Assembly (NCBI GenBank): GCA_023145965.1
Contig: JAGLDC010000029.1
Coordinates: forward strand, 3,272 to 67,271
Reading direction: 5' to 3'
Length of the DNA: 64,000 bases
Source of the DNA: a bacterium
GTDB taxonomy: Bacteria; UBP14; UBA6098
The notes under the pieces are model-generated. The model was given only the letters and a program-made list of their open reading frames with translations. It searched no databases and was not told the origin of the DNA. Positions within the stretch are counted from its first letter, which is position 1, and every line of letters starts with the position of its first letter. Positions 1-11,900 of the stretch are shown piece by piece. A program made the position numbers and the translations under genes.

Positions 1-473
1 TCATCCTTACGACCGGAAAGAATGCGCTGAATCATCGATTGCTCGATAAGGGCATAAACCGAATTTCCAATGCCCGTTCCCATTAAAATGGACTGGATAT
101 CCTTTAGGCGAACCTGCCTTCCGTTAACGAGATATTCCGAATCACCTGTGCGGAAATATCTGCGCCCAATAATCACCGTCTCCTCCATGGGATCATATGG
201 AAGCAAACCCTTGCAATCTTTAAGCTTGATCTGGACTTCTGCCATACCCATAGGCTTCTGCTCACGTGTTCCCTCGAATATGACATCTTGCATCGAGGTA
301 GAACGTAGTGATTTTACTTTTTGTTCGCCGATAACCCAGCGGATAGCATCGAGAATATTTGTTTTCCCACATCCATTCGGCCCGACAACAGCAGACAGTC
401 CCTGACTGAACGAAAGCTCGGTCTTGCGTGCAAAACTCTTAAAGCCATGTATTGTAAGTTTCGCGAGAAACAT
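1..473 (-). CDS. smc: Chromosome segregation protein SMC, N-terminal part (5' end of the gene; rest lies beyond window start)
   Basis: Reverse-strand translation from the ATG at 473-471 gives MFLAKLTIHGFKSFARKTELSFSQGLSAVVGPNGCGKTNILDAIRWVIGEQ, the classic SMC/RecF-type N-terminal Walker A region. It runs off the window edge and is absent from the ORF track because it has no stop in window. Confidence 0.8.
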   Translation of the reverse strand, partial: MFLAKLTIHGFKSFARKTELSFSQGLSAVVGPNGCGKTNILDAIRWVIGEQKVKSLRSTSMQDVIFEGTREQKPMGMAEVQIKLKDCKGLLPYDPMEETVIIGRRYFRTGDSEYLVNGRQVRLKDIQSILMGTGIGNSVYALIEQSMIQRILSGRKD

Positions 474-1724
474 CTATTTGCTGTCTTGGTTGGGCTGTTT
501 CTTCCTGGGACGACGTCTTCTGTTTGTAGATTTTTGAGGCTTCTGTGAAACTTCACCATCTCGATTATTTTGACTTGTATTTCTAGGGTTCTGAGAAGAG
601 GAATCCCTGTTTTGTTGGGAAGATTTCTCTTTTGAGTCGCTTTTCTTAAATCTACCGTGCGTATCGCTTGATGAGCGTCTTCTCGATGGGAAAATCTTGA
701 TGTGATTAGAATAAATCCAGCCTTTTTCGCCTTTTAATACCTCTACACGGTAAACACCGTCACCTTTTATTGGGAATTCGGCGGTCGAGCCTTCGGCGGT
801 ATCGACTACTTCGCCTCGGTAAACAAGGCGGATCGTCCCCGGCTCCGGCGCTTTTACCTTAAAGACTATACTTGGATGCCAACTCATAGACTCGCCCATA
901 TTAGCAGTGAATCTCTTCGATTCACACCAGAAACGAAATCCCCTAGCATTGCCCCAACGGTAATTAGAGAAAAATGCACTGGTTTGTTTCAGTGCGCTGA
1001 TAAATTTCTTTTTAGCGGAATTAAAATCGTCTATAGGAAGCGGAGAATTGATTAAAACATGGGTTCTCAAAGATTGTAATTGCACTTTGTATGGGAAAAG
1101 TGTAAGCCTAATTGGACCTAATTTGTATGATGCTGCATGGGCATCGAGGGAACCTATGCCGAGTATCCTACGCTTCTCGGCGCTCTTGTCCCAGCGAGCA
1201 AGCGTCTGGGGTGAAGGCGTCCCGAGAATGCTTCTCGGATGCATGAGAGATCTAAATCGGGTGTTTTTATCGAGCCCTTCCAGCCACGCAGACATATGAT
1301 TCCATACCTCAATGCCATCGAAGACATCGACACCCCACGCAGTCCAAGGATATGCGCGAACCTCGGGGATATCGCGAACCTCATCTGGGTGAGCAATTAT
1401 GCCAAATCCACCCTCATCTCGGACGCGACGAACATATTCCGGCGCGGATAATCCTTTCGGTAAAACATTTTCGAGACCAAAAGCAAGGTAATGATTCTCG
1501 TCTTTTTTATCCTGAATTTCATAACCAACCATAGCAAGTAATCTTCCATGCCAGCCCTCGCAAGACTTATGTAGCATGGTCATATGATCGGTAAAGATAA
1601 GAAAATCCAGGTGGTATCTATCGGCTATACGGATAATCTCCTCATGGCTTTTACTGCCATCGGAATCCTTTGTGTGTATGTGTATAGCGCCAACATATTC
1701 AAATAGTTCGGGAAGTTTTGTCAT
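474..1724 (-). CDS. PHP-domain metal-dependent phosphoesterase with highly basic low-complexity C-terminal tail
   Basis: The N-terminus HIHTKDSDGS...FTDHM matches the PHP (polymerase/histidinol-phosphatase) metal-binding motifs. The last ~75 aa are R/K/S/Q/N-rich. Its stop abuts the smc ATG (TAG-ATG). Confidence 0.75.
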   Translation of the reverse strand: MTKLPELFEYVGAIHIHTKDSDGSKSHEEIIRIADRYHLDFLIFTDHMTMLHKSCEGWHGRLLAMVGYEIQDKKDENHYLAFGLENVLPKGLSAPEYVRRVRDEGGFGIIAHPDEVRDIPEVRAYPWTAWGVDVFDGIEVWNHMSAWLEGLDKNTRFRSLMHPRSILGTPSPQTLARWDKSAEKRRILGIGSLDAHAASYKLGPIRLTLFPYKVQLQSLRTHVLINSPLPIDDFNSAKKKFISALKQTSAFFSNYRWGNARGFRFWCESKRFTANMGESMSWHPSIVFKVKAPEPGTIRLVYRGEVVDTAEGSTAEFPIKGDGVYRVEVLKGEKGWIYSNHIKIFPSRRRSSSDTHGRFKKSDSKEKSSQQNRDSSSQNPRNTSQNNRDGEVSQKPQKSTNRRRRPRKKQPNQDSK

Positions 1725-2493
1725 TTATTATTTTTCCATTATTGTAGGTCCATATGGCGGCAAGACCGACAAGAACGATATCTGGATCGACCATGTGGGG
1801 AACGGCAAGCTCCGGCGCTATCCAAGCCGCTGAAGCACCGGTTAAAAGCATAAATGGATGTTCCCGGTGAAAGTCACAATATCTTTTATATAGATGTTCG
1901 ATAGCTCCAACAACTGCGGATCGAATTCCCACAAGCATACACTCTTCTGTGCAGGCTCCGATATATGCTTCAGTGGGGTAATATTCAATTTTTTCTAGAT
2001 TCGCCGTTCCGGAAGCAAGACATTCAAATGCGAGACCGTCACCGGGTAGAATCGCACCACCAACAAATATTCCACCCTCGCTAATAAGATCAGCAGTAAC
2101 AGCTGTCCCCGCATCGACAATCATAATCGCTCTTTTTAAGGCTTTTCCATAGACATGATAAGCACCAACTGCAGCAGCAAGTCGGTCTGGGCCGAGGCTT
2201 AATTTTGGTTCATATTCTACAGTAATCTCGCTCGGAGTTTCACCCGACACTACCAGCAGAGGGTAATCCGAAAGCAGTTCTTTAACCGCTTTAACTGCAT
2301 GCGGAACCGATGAACCCATCGTTATCCCATTCACTCGAGGATCGTTTGCAATCTTAACGATAACTTCAGCATTATTTTGCAATTCGGAAGTTGGGAAGTG
2401 CATTCTATGCACTATTTCATCCTCGACGGAGACTATAGCAAGCTTCGCCCTTCTATTACCTATGTCTATAGCTAATGTTGCCATATGCACCAT
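1699..2493 (-). CDS. coaX: Type III pantothenate kinase
   Basis: N-terminal LAIDIGNRRAKLAI motif, the CoaX family DxGNT signature, in the ASKHA fold. Length 264 aa. Confidence 0.85.
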   Translation of the reverse strand: MVHMATLAIDIGNRRAKLAIVSVEDEIVHRMHFPTSELQNNAEVIVKIANDPRVNGITMGSSVPHAVKAVKELLSDYPLLVVSGETPSEITVEYEPKLSLGPDRLAAAVGAYHVYGKALKRAIMIVDAGTAVTADLISEGGIFVGGAILPGDGLAFECLASGTANLEKIEYYPTEAYIGACTEECMLVGIRSAVVGAIEHLYKRYCDFHREHPFMLLTGASAAWIAPELAVPHMVDPDIVLVGLAAIWTYNNGKIINDKTSRTI

Positions 2494-2625
2494 AACCGGA
2501 TAGCGCCGTTTCCGGTCTTATTATTTTAACAAACGTCGGCGCAACGCTTTAGCTTTATTATACTACTAAATTATAAATCACAAGTCAAGGTAAATGGGCG
2601 CTCGACATCGAACGCCCAAAGCTTT

Positions 2626-2919
2626 TTACCTAAGTAGAGTTATCGTTCCATTACACACAACCCGTCCATTCGATTCCACAACATAAAGATACAACCCTTG
2701 AGGCATCAGAAGCCCATTTTTGTCCCTGCCATCCCAAGCACGCCCGATTACATCCTCATAGTTGGTCTGAACCGAAAGCTCATAGCTTCTCACAAGCACA
2801 TTCCGTATTGTGAAAATGTAAATCGTCGCGCCCTCGGTAGTCATATTCGGCCAATCGAAGATGGCTATCTCATTTATGTTGTCACCTGTTGGGCTGAATG
2901 GATTAGGCACAACCAAACA
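2626..2919 (-). other. T9SS-type C-terminal sorting domain (CTD) of giant adhesin
   Basis: The last ~95 aa, PNPFSPTGDN...IYIFTIRNV...GRAWDGRDKNGLLMPQGLYLYVVE, match the Por secretion tail / FlgD Ig-like pattern. Confidence 0.6.
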
Positions 2920-5900
2920 TGGCGTCCACGGTTCAACATAGAAGATGTAATCCGCAAGATGAATATTTGGCCCGCAAAGGTCCGGTGCATCGCCGACAGA
3001 CAGGCTAACATTGACTGTATCGCCCGCAATAAACTCGACTCCGTTCTCATCGGGCATCCAACGGATCTTCCCTCCGAGGCCGTCGGGCAACCAATCAAAG
3101 TCACTGTAGGTATATTCCTCGCCATCGATTACAAGGATAACCGTGTTGGGATCGACACCAGCAAGTGCATCATCGACATCAATGATAACCTGCTGCCTTA
3201 AGTTGCGCGTGTAACTCGATGCCGGCTCGTCCATCGAGCTGATCGGTTCGACTCTATCGATGTAGAATATCCACGAAAGCGGCGCATTGATGCACGGATT
3301 CCCGAAAATATCGTCCGCAACAAGCACCGAAGCATAAACTGTATCGTGGTCGTTCCATTCGGGATCGGGTTTATAAGTCAAATACGGATCGAGCCAGTCG
3401 ATTTGATAATCCGATGTCCGATATGAAGTTCCATCGACGGAAAGCACAATAGTCGATTCGACTATCGGATATGCCGATACCAATTCGACTATTATCGATT
3501 CTGGATCGCATGCCGATATCGAGTCCTCGGGAACTCGAATTATTGTCGCAACCGGGCCGCCAGTATCCACAACGGGATAATCGCAGCAGTAAATCGTATC
3601 GTTCGGCTCGCAATAATCGACCGGGCCATCGGTCGTAACTACACAGAGCGTAACTGTATCGCCCGGAATAAGCGTTATCCCGCAGTCCGAAGGACTCCAC
3701 TCGAACGAGAACGAACGCTGGCGCGTGGTCGCTGGACCAGAGATCGGACAAACCACACCATCGAGGGTAATAGCCGTGGAATCGGGCATTAACCCGGCGA
3801 CATCGTCGGTAAGTGTTATGCTCCAGTTGTCGGTCATGCTGGGGATAATCGGCCTTCCGCACGGCGGATCGAGTTCCGTCAACAGCGGAGGTTGAATATC
3901 CACAAAGAACTCCCAACATATCGGCGACGGAAGAACCGCGCCGCAACTATCATTCGCTTCCGTCAGGCATACATGAACCGTATCGCCGTGGTTCCACAGC
4001 ACCGAAGGCGTGAACACGAGTGAATCCGGCGACCACACAAGCTCGCCGTCGGCGACGGTGTAATCGACGCCGTCAACCTGAAGAACGATAGAGGACGGCA
4101 CTATCGGACAATAAATATCCGTGAACGTAGATAGAAGTGGACACGACGAATTAACCTCGACTGTGCCGTTCCAGTTTGCACATTCAAAACCCACGCCAAG
4201 CGAAGAAATCAAGTAATTCATGCCGCTTACATCCTCGCAAGCGGATAGCCAACCGCATATTGCAAACAGGTTCCCGCCTCCATTCACGAAATCAGCAACA
4301 ACAGCAGCATCAGAGGATGTGAAAACCCTCGCGCCGTCTATCCGGATGTTGCCTGTCATCAGAACATCTATATCATCGAGAAGATCTTCTGACAAAGGTG
4401 TTGTCGATGGCACCGCCGAGACTGTCCAGCCGTGAGCGGTAAGAGTATCCAACGCTCGACCATAATTAAGAGAACCGCTTGTGCTCGGCTGTCCTTCCGG
4501 CTGAGTCGGATCATAGTAATAAAGCGCCCTCCTCGTGGGCGTAGCGCCTATCAACCACTCCATGGAAGCCAGGAATAATTCTTTGTTCCTTCCCCAATCG
4601 AAATCGTGGCCATAATTATTCAATAACCAATACTCATCGAAATAGCCTATTATCTTACCGGTGTGGGATGTGTTACATCCGAACGCGCAACCACCGGGGC
4701 CATCAGCCCAAGCCTCACCACCAGCACCGTAATCGAACCAGTGCGCGCCAAAAGCCCATAGTTCAACTGTTTCCGGAGTAGAAACCGTATCTCCGTAAAT
4801 GGTCATTACTATCTGTTGGTCGTCGCAGGCGGTTATGGTATTCGGCATCGGCTCGATTATCTCTGCGGTCACTATTCCTGTGTCCGTCGGGACTGTGTAA
4901 TTGCAGCAGATGATTGTATCGTGTGGTTCGCAATACGCGATTCCGCTGTCGCCGGTGTGGACGCAGAAGCTGAAAACCTGCCCCGGCGAAAGCGCGAGCC
5001 CACCATCGAGCACCGGATTCCATGTAAATTCGGCGTTCGAGCCGGAGATAATCAACGCACCGCCGAGATCGTAATCGACGCCGTCGATGGAGACCTCGAC
5101 CGACTCGATGAGCGCCGGGCCGTCCTCGAGGACGATATGGAAATCAGCGCCGGAGACGGCATCGATGCTCGAACCGCATGGCGGCGTCCACGTCGTCGGG
5201 ATCGGCGGCTGAAGGTCGATTTCGAAAGTCCAGCAAAGCGGAAGAAGATCGGAGCTTCCGCCGCAGGTGTCCATAACATCGGTGAGACAGACATCGACCG
5301 TCGTGCTGTGAGCCCAATCGACCGGCGGGGTCCATGTCAGGATCGGATCGGCCCAATCGAGTTCGAGATCGGTAATATCATAATCGATGCCCTCGACATT
5401 AAGCACGATAGTCGTCGGGTCGACCGGGCAAAGTAAATCCACAACGGAAATTGAGAGAATTATCTCCTGATCCTCGCACGCCGAAATCGTATTCGGCAGC
5501 GGCTCGATTATCTCCGACGTAAGGCCGCAAGACGCGGTGAAAATAGTGAACGTATCGGCCATCGCGTTCGGATCGCACCAATCGGGCGAATCGGAAGCCG
5601 TTATATAGATGTTCACGGTATCCCCGCAATCGATTCCGAGGGCGGATATATCGATGGAAACCGTCGAATCGCCGTCCCAGGTAACAGCGGGATCGGTCAG
5701 AGAGAACGCCGTCCCGTCTATTATGAAGACCACGGAGGATTCGTCGAGACCGGAAAGCGAATCGAAGATGAACATATCGAGCGAAGTCCATCCCGCCGCG
5801 ACAACCGTCGCGCCCGGAGCCGGATCGATTCCCCAAGCCACCGGCGGATCGAGATCGACGTAGAACTCCCCGCAAACCGAATCGGGCAGCCATACCGAGT

Positions 5901-8900
5901 CGATGTTCATGACCGCCGTAAGACAGGCTTGCACCGTCGTGCCGCTAGGCCACATCGGCGAAGGATCGAAGCGAAGCCTCGAAGCGCCATCCCATGTGAG
6001 TTCACCGTCGGCGGTCGTGAACGTTGCACCATTGACGCGCACCTCGATAGAGCTCTCGACGATTCCCGCCGAATCGACGATTAGCCAAACGATGGAATCG
6101 GGATCGCATGCCGTCCAGTCACCGTTCGGGACGTGTAGATATATCGCGCTCGGCACGCCGCAGGGACTGGTATAGAAAGCCGGGTTCGCCGATAATGCGG
6201 TATCGAAAACCGAAGTGAAGGTAGTATCCCCGGCACAGGCTATATAGACCTCCTCGCAGGAGGTGTATCCTCTGACGCCCCAGCCGTGCGTCTCGCCGCA
6301 GGGGAACGGCACGGACACGTGCGTGCTGTCTATCCGGCTGAACAGAGTTGCACCGTCGATATAGAAATCGTAGATCGCATCTATGCCGCCGGGTATGGGT
6401 TCCCACTCGAAATAAACGTCGCCCGGCGGGACTGGAACGCCGGTTGGCGAAATCAGGTTTATCGCCGTAATCGGCTCGTAATCGATAACGAACTCGACCG
6501 TGTCGTATTCGACGCATCCGATAGAGTCGATGACCTCGATAATAAACGTAACGCTCGTATCGGCGAATGTGTAATCGGGATTTGGAAGCGAGCTGAATTC
6601 CGTGCCATCGGTGAACTGCCAGCTATATGAATACGGCTCGATGCCGCCTGAAGCTACCGGATCGCAACCGAGCGTGATAGTCGCGCCGGGGCAGATATGG
6701 CCGTCCGGGCCGGCACCTATCGCCAATTCACTCAAGATCAAGAACACCGAATCCTCGGCAAAACACCACATCGAATCGTCCGTGACGACCACCCTCGCCC
6801 AACCGGTAGAATTAACCCAGCCGGTCGGGTTGCATTCGAGCGGATCGGCGAACATCGCCTCCGGCCACCAATGGCAACTATACGCGCCGCTTCCGCCGGT
6901 GACTATCGCCTCGAAATGAAGCGAGTCCGCCAAGCAAAGACCGGTATCCGGATAGGCAGTAACCGTTAGGTCGCAAGAGCTTACGATAAATATCCACGAA
7001 CTATCGCCGACATTTGGGCCGCACCAATCGGGGCAGTCGGTCATGCGGGTAACATCGACATCGATTGTATCGCCCGAAGGGAGCGGCGGGATCATCACAA
7101 TCTCGAAGCAAACAGCCGTATCGACACAACCGAAAGGCCCAAAGGCGTAGTCAATCCCGTCTAAAGTAACATAAACCGAGTCGAGACCGGAAAGATCGTC
7201 GCGGACGCAAATCGTTATCATGTCGGTAGTTGGAGGAATCTCGGAGCCGGGAACCGGCGAGATACTCACTATCTCCGGCGCGCTGCGGTCGATGTAGAAT
7301 TCCCAGCAAACCGGCGCGATAAGCGGAACATCGTCTATGTTGATCGCGCTGTCGACGCAGACGGATACCGTTTCGCCGTCGGCCCACATCGTCGCGGGTC
7401 GGAAAACCAGCGTCGAATCGCCGTCCCATTCGACTTCGAGGTCGGTGGTGTGATATCGTATTCCGTTCACCGTCATGGAGATAGTGCTCTCGATGATTCC
7501 GGCAGAATCGATAATAAACGCGACTATCGAATCCGGGTCGCAGGCCGTCCAGTCGCCATCGGGGACGTGAACAGCCACAGGATATGGCTCGGTGCATTCG
7601 CTCGTATAGAAAATCGGGTCGCCCGACATCATCGTATCGATATAAACCGTAGTCGTTGTTTCGCCACAGGCGGTGTAAATTTCCATACACTCGTTATACG
7701 CGAGAATCTCCCAATAATGCGATTCACCGCAAGGGAAATCGACCGTCACATGCGCCGAATCGATGCGCGAAAAAATGGTCGTGCCGTCGAGGATGAAATC
7801 GTATAAATAGCTTCCGGGAGGCGTCACAGACCACTCGAAATACGCGCCGCCCACAGCCAAAGTCTCGCCGGGCGAGGGGGTAATCAGATCGAGCGTGGTC
7901 ATCTCGGTGAAATCGATATCGAAAGTGACGGTATCCCATGCCTCGCAGCCGAGCGAATCGATAACGTGCAACACAAAGCTCTCGCCGGTCGCACCAAAGA
8001 CGTGCGTCGGGTGTTCTTCGGTATATAATGGCGTTCCGCCGAGGTCGAGCCATTCATAGGTGTATGGCGCAAAGCCACCGGTCGCAACGGGAACGCAACC
8101 CAAAGGCACCGAATTAAATGGGCAGATCACGCCGTCGGGGCCGGCATCGGCGATAGGATCGGAGACGATAATGCTCGCAGTATCGCTCATTGAACAAGCC
8201 AGCGATTCGTCATAAACCGTTATAACATAATTAATTGTAGAATTGACGATCGCCGTCGGGTTCGGAATCGTCGCGTCGTCGAGGCCTGTGGCTGGATTCC
8301 ACGAATAGGTTAAAAATCCGCTTCCGCCAACGACATCGACCGAAAGGCCGATAGTCCCGCCACCACAAAGGATCGTGTCGGGATAGGCTGTAACTTCGAG
8401 ATCGCACGGCAACACCATAAACCACCAGCAGAAACTCGTGTCGTTCGGCGCACAATAATCGTAAGTCGGGGCGTCGTAAAGGCTGTCGAGACAGATAACC
8501 ACGCTATCGCCGGCATCGAGACCGAGGCCGTCGAACGAAAGATATCCGCCATCCCATGAATACGTCCAACCCATTGCAGGGATTCCGTTTATCTCGATAG
8601 AGATACTATCGAACGACGCGGGATCGACCCCCGCCGGGGCATCCGAGATGAACACGCCGACGGAATCCGGCGAAGCAAACAGCACGCTTCCGTCCGGCGG
8701 AACCGGCGGATCGGGCATCGGCGGCTCGATATCGACAATGAAGCTGCATTCGGCGATACTACCTGTGCAACCTATCAGATTCGCAACATTTGTTAGCTCG
8801 AAAATAACGGTGCTGCCATGCGTCCAGGGCATCGATGGTATGAAACTAACGGTAGTCGAGTCAATGCCAAAATCGATAATGTCGATTTGTGGAGAGAGGG

Positions 8901-11900
8901 ATGTATATGTCGAACCGTCGACCAATACTTCGATAGAAGAATGATCGATGGGCGAAGTTGAATCGGTAACCGTCCAAACAATCTCCTGGAATTCGCACGA
9001 GGTAATCCCATCACATGGACTCGGAATTTGAACCCAGCCGTAAGGTGAGGCAGCAACATCGATATAAACTGAGTCGTAATCTATACAGCCTAAGGAATCG
9101 ACCACCATCACAACATATATGGTCGAAGAGTTGGGGCTAATCGAGGGATTCGCTTCGAATGAGCTAAATCCCGGCGGTTCCGAACTCCAGTCGTAAGTAT
9201 ATGGCGCAATGCTTCCGCTTCCTGTGGGCGAACCACCGATATAAATAGGCGCGCCGGAACACACAGCGGTATCAACTCCGGCATCGGCCACCGGCTGCAC
9301 CGGATAGACGACAACGGTATCGATAGCGGAACAATAGGGATCGCCGCCATAGATATGAACTACATAAGTCGTAGTATCGACCGGCGACACGACAGGATTC
9401 GCGTCGGTGCTGAATGTCGTTCCGCCCGGATATTCATACCAGCTATAGGTATAAGGGCCGACGCCACCGGATGCGGTCGGGCTGCCGCCCAGCGTGACCG
9501 GGCTCCCGACGCAGATTCGCACGTCTGCACCGGCATCCGGAATAATCGGGCTGATTGTTATAACGACAATATCCGTCGCCTCGCATCCCAATGTGTCCGT
9601 TACGGTTACGGTAAGTGTTATTATCGTGTCTCCCCATGAAAAATCCGAGGAGAACCACGGGTTGGCCGCCGATGGATCCGAGAGGCCTCCGGCCGGAGTC
9701 CATAAATATGTGAGCGGACCGAAACCACCGGAGCCGGTTGGACTCCCGCCAAGTGGAAGCGAGGCCCCGGGGCAAATCGTGGTATCGCCACCGGCATCCG
9801 CCGAAGGATCGGAAACATAGACTGTCATAGTATCGCTGTCCGTCGCACTCGCGTCGTCAGTAACGGTTAAAATATATGTCGTTGTCGATGTCGGCGATGC
9901 CGTGGGATTGCCCGCCGTCGTGCTCGAAAGGTCGGTGCCCGGCGACCACGAATATATATATGGCGGGACTCCGCCGCCGGCCGGGGGGGTTCCGCCAATG
10001 GTCGCGCTGGTTGTTATACATATATATTTATCCGGGCCGGCATCCGCGATAAGCGGAAGCTCCCCCGCGAGATAATATGTGCAGCACCACTCGGTGTCGT
10101 TCTCGCAGGGCATACAGCCATCGGCCTCGACAAGGTCGTTTGCTTCGATACATATTTCTATCTCGCCGGTGAGGAACGCTAAACCCAGAATACCCGCACT
10201 ATCCGCGCGAATCGTGCATGCAACTGCCCATCCGCCGAACCAGGACGGAGGATCGAGCAGATATGTCGTCGCGTCGAGATCGACCGTCCGGCTGAAATGC
10301 CCGGGGACAGGCGCATCAGGAATAAACGGAATATCATTAACTGTAATTCTCACCGAAGTCAAACTAGTCCAAAGCCCAACAAAATCGAGACCCGCAAGCT
10401 CGGATGCGTCGAGGTCACGGAGCATCAAATCGAGCGGGGTCATTCCAACGCCGTCGTCGTATAACAACGCAGATACAACGATATGATCGGTTGAGTCTAG
10501 AGTGCTGCCACAAGGCGGCGAGAAACTGACCGAACCATCGTGAGGCTCGCGCCACGCCGCATGGAGAGGCCAGAGAGTGGCGTCGTGGTGCTCCCAATAT
10601 ATAGGATGGGGAGGTTGAATATCAACTTTAAAATCCGTCTCGGGGAAAAAGAGCTGCTCGCAGCCCGTGGCATCCTCACCTGAAACACAAGCCATTTCTA
10701 CCTCTTGAAGATGGCTCCAACCCGGAGCAGAAGGTGTAAAACGAAGCGTTCCACCGCGAATCCCGGAAGTCCAAGTGAGATTAGGAGATGAGGGATAACA
10801 ATACGTTGTTCCCTCCACCTGGATACAAATAGTATTCGGATCCACACCCAAATATCCCTCATATTCGATTTCGATATACTGATCAACACAAGCTGTCCAT
10901 AAGCCCGAATAGGGGGGGCAAATTATTCTTGCCTCAGGGCCGGGACAACCACAGTCCTCAACAAACAAACATCCGACAATAGAATCAACATAACTTCCGG
11001 ATGTAACCCGAATAACAAAACAATCACCCCAACCGGAGCAACCAGGTATTTCTGTAATATCCCAGAGAAAAGTATGACTTCCGCTGGCGGGAATAGGACC
11101 ATAGCTCTGTGGATTCGGCGAGTCGCCAACAGTGATACAAAAATCAGGAACGAGTTCGGCTGTCACGGGATTCAATACACTACCAGACGTATTTGTGATT
11201 GTAATGTCTATCTCCACTACATCGGCGATATCGTCCACAATCTGGTCGAAAACATCAGAGAGAGAAGAAGAACTGTAGTCGAACCACCTGCCGTAACTTG
11301 TGTCACAATAATCGCGAAAATCGTCCACGTCTCCGCAATCGGCGGTTAGCATATAAACCGTTCCGCCCCACGAAATAATCTGAGAAATAGTCGCAGATGC
11401 TGAAACGGTGCTCGCATCGTCGCATTCGTCAGTAATCAAAACAATTACGTGTTCGCAACCCGGTCTCCAATCAAAATGATCAATGGATTGGTAAATCGCG
11501 TCCGAATGATGCTCATACCCTCCGTCCCCGCTACGCGCCTCGTCGAGAATCGAAGAAAAAGTCGCAATATCCTCCAAGGTGGAGCCGTGAGGGAAACTAA
11601 CCGTTTCCGAATATGTTACCAATCCAAATCGAGGGTCGAAACCTACCGCCGCAATATCGTATGCGAACCTGTCGATGTCATCCTGAAGGGAGTTGATGGT
11701 CCCGGCCATGCTGCCGGATGTATCGACGCAGAATACTATATCAACACAACCTACATCGTGGATACATTCAACAACCTCAGAATACCACCAATCCTCGGAT
11801 GACGCTGTAGGCCTCATTAAATGAGTCTCGCGCCCCCCTTTGCCTCGAATGGTCGCTCCATCGATAACAAAAGGTTGAGCAAAAATTAATGTCGATAGCA

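Noticed and set aside
70-559. Track ORFs 70..405(+), 314..559(-), 321..548(+)
   Set aside because: They overlap the reverse-strand reading frame that encodes a clear SMC N-terminus (Walker A GPNGCGKTN). No motif of their own. They are spurious.
2698-11802. Dozens of 60-200-aa ORFs on both strands inside the giant gene (e.g. 4816..5436+, 5399..5893-, 7151..7690-)
   Set aside because: They are Arg/Gly/Asp-rich translations typical of antisense or out-of-frame reading of GC-rich DNA. The 3106-aa frame is continuous and has a coherent domain structure.
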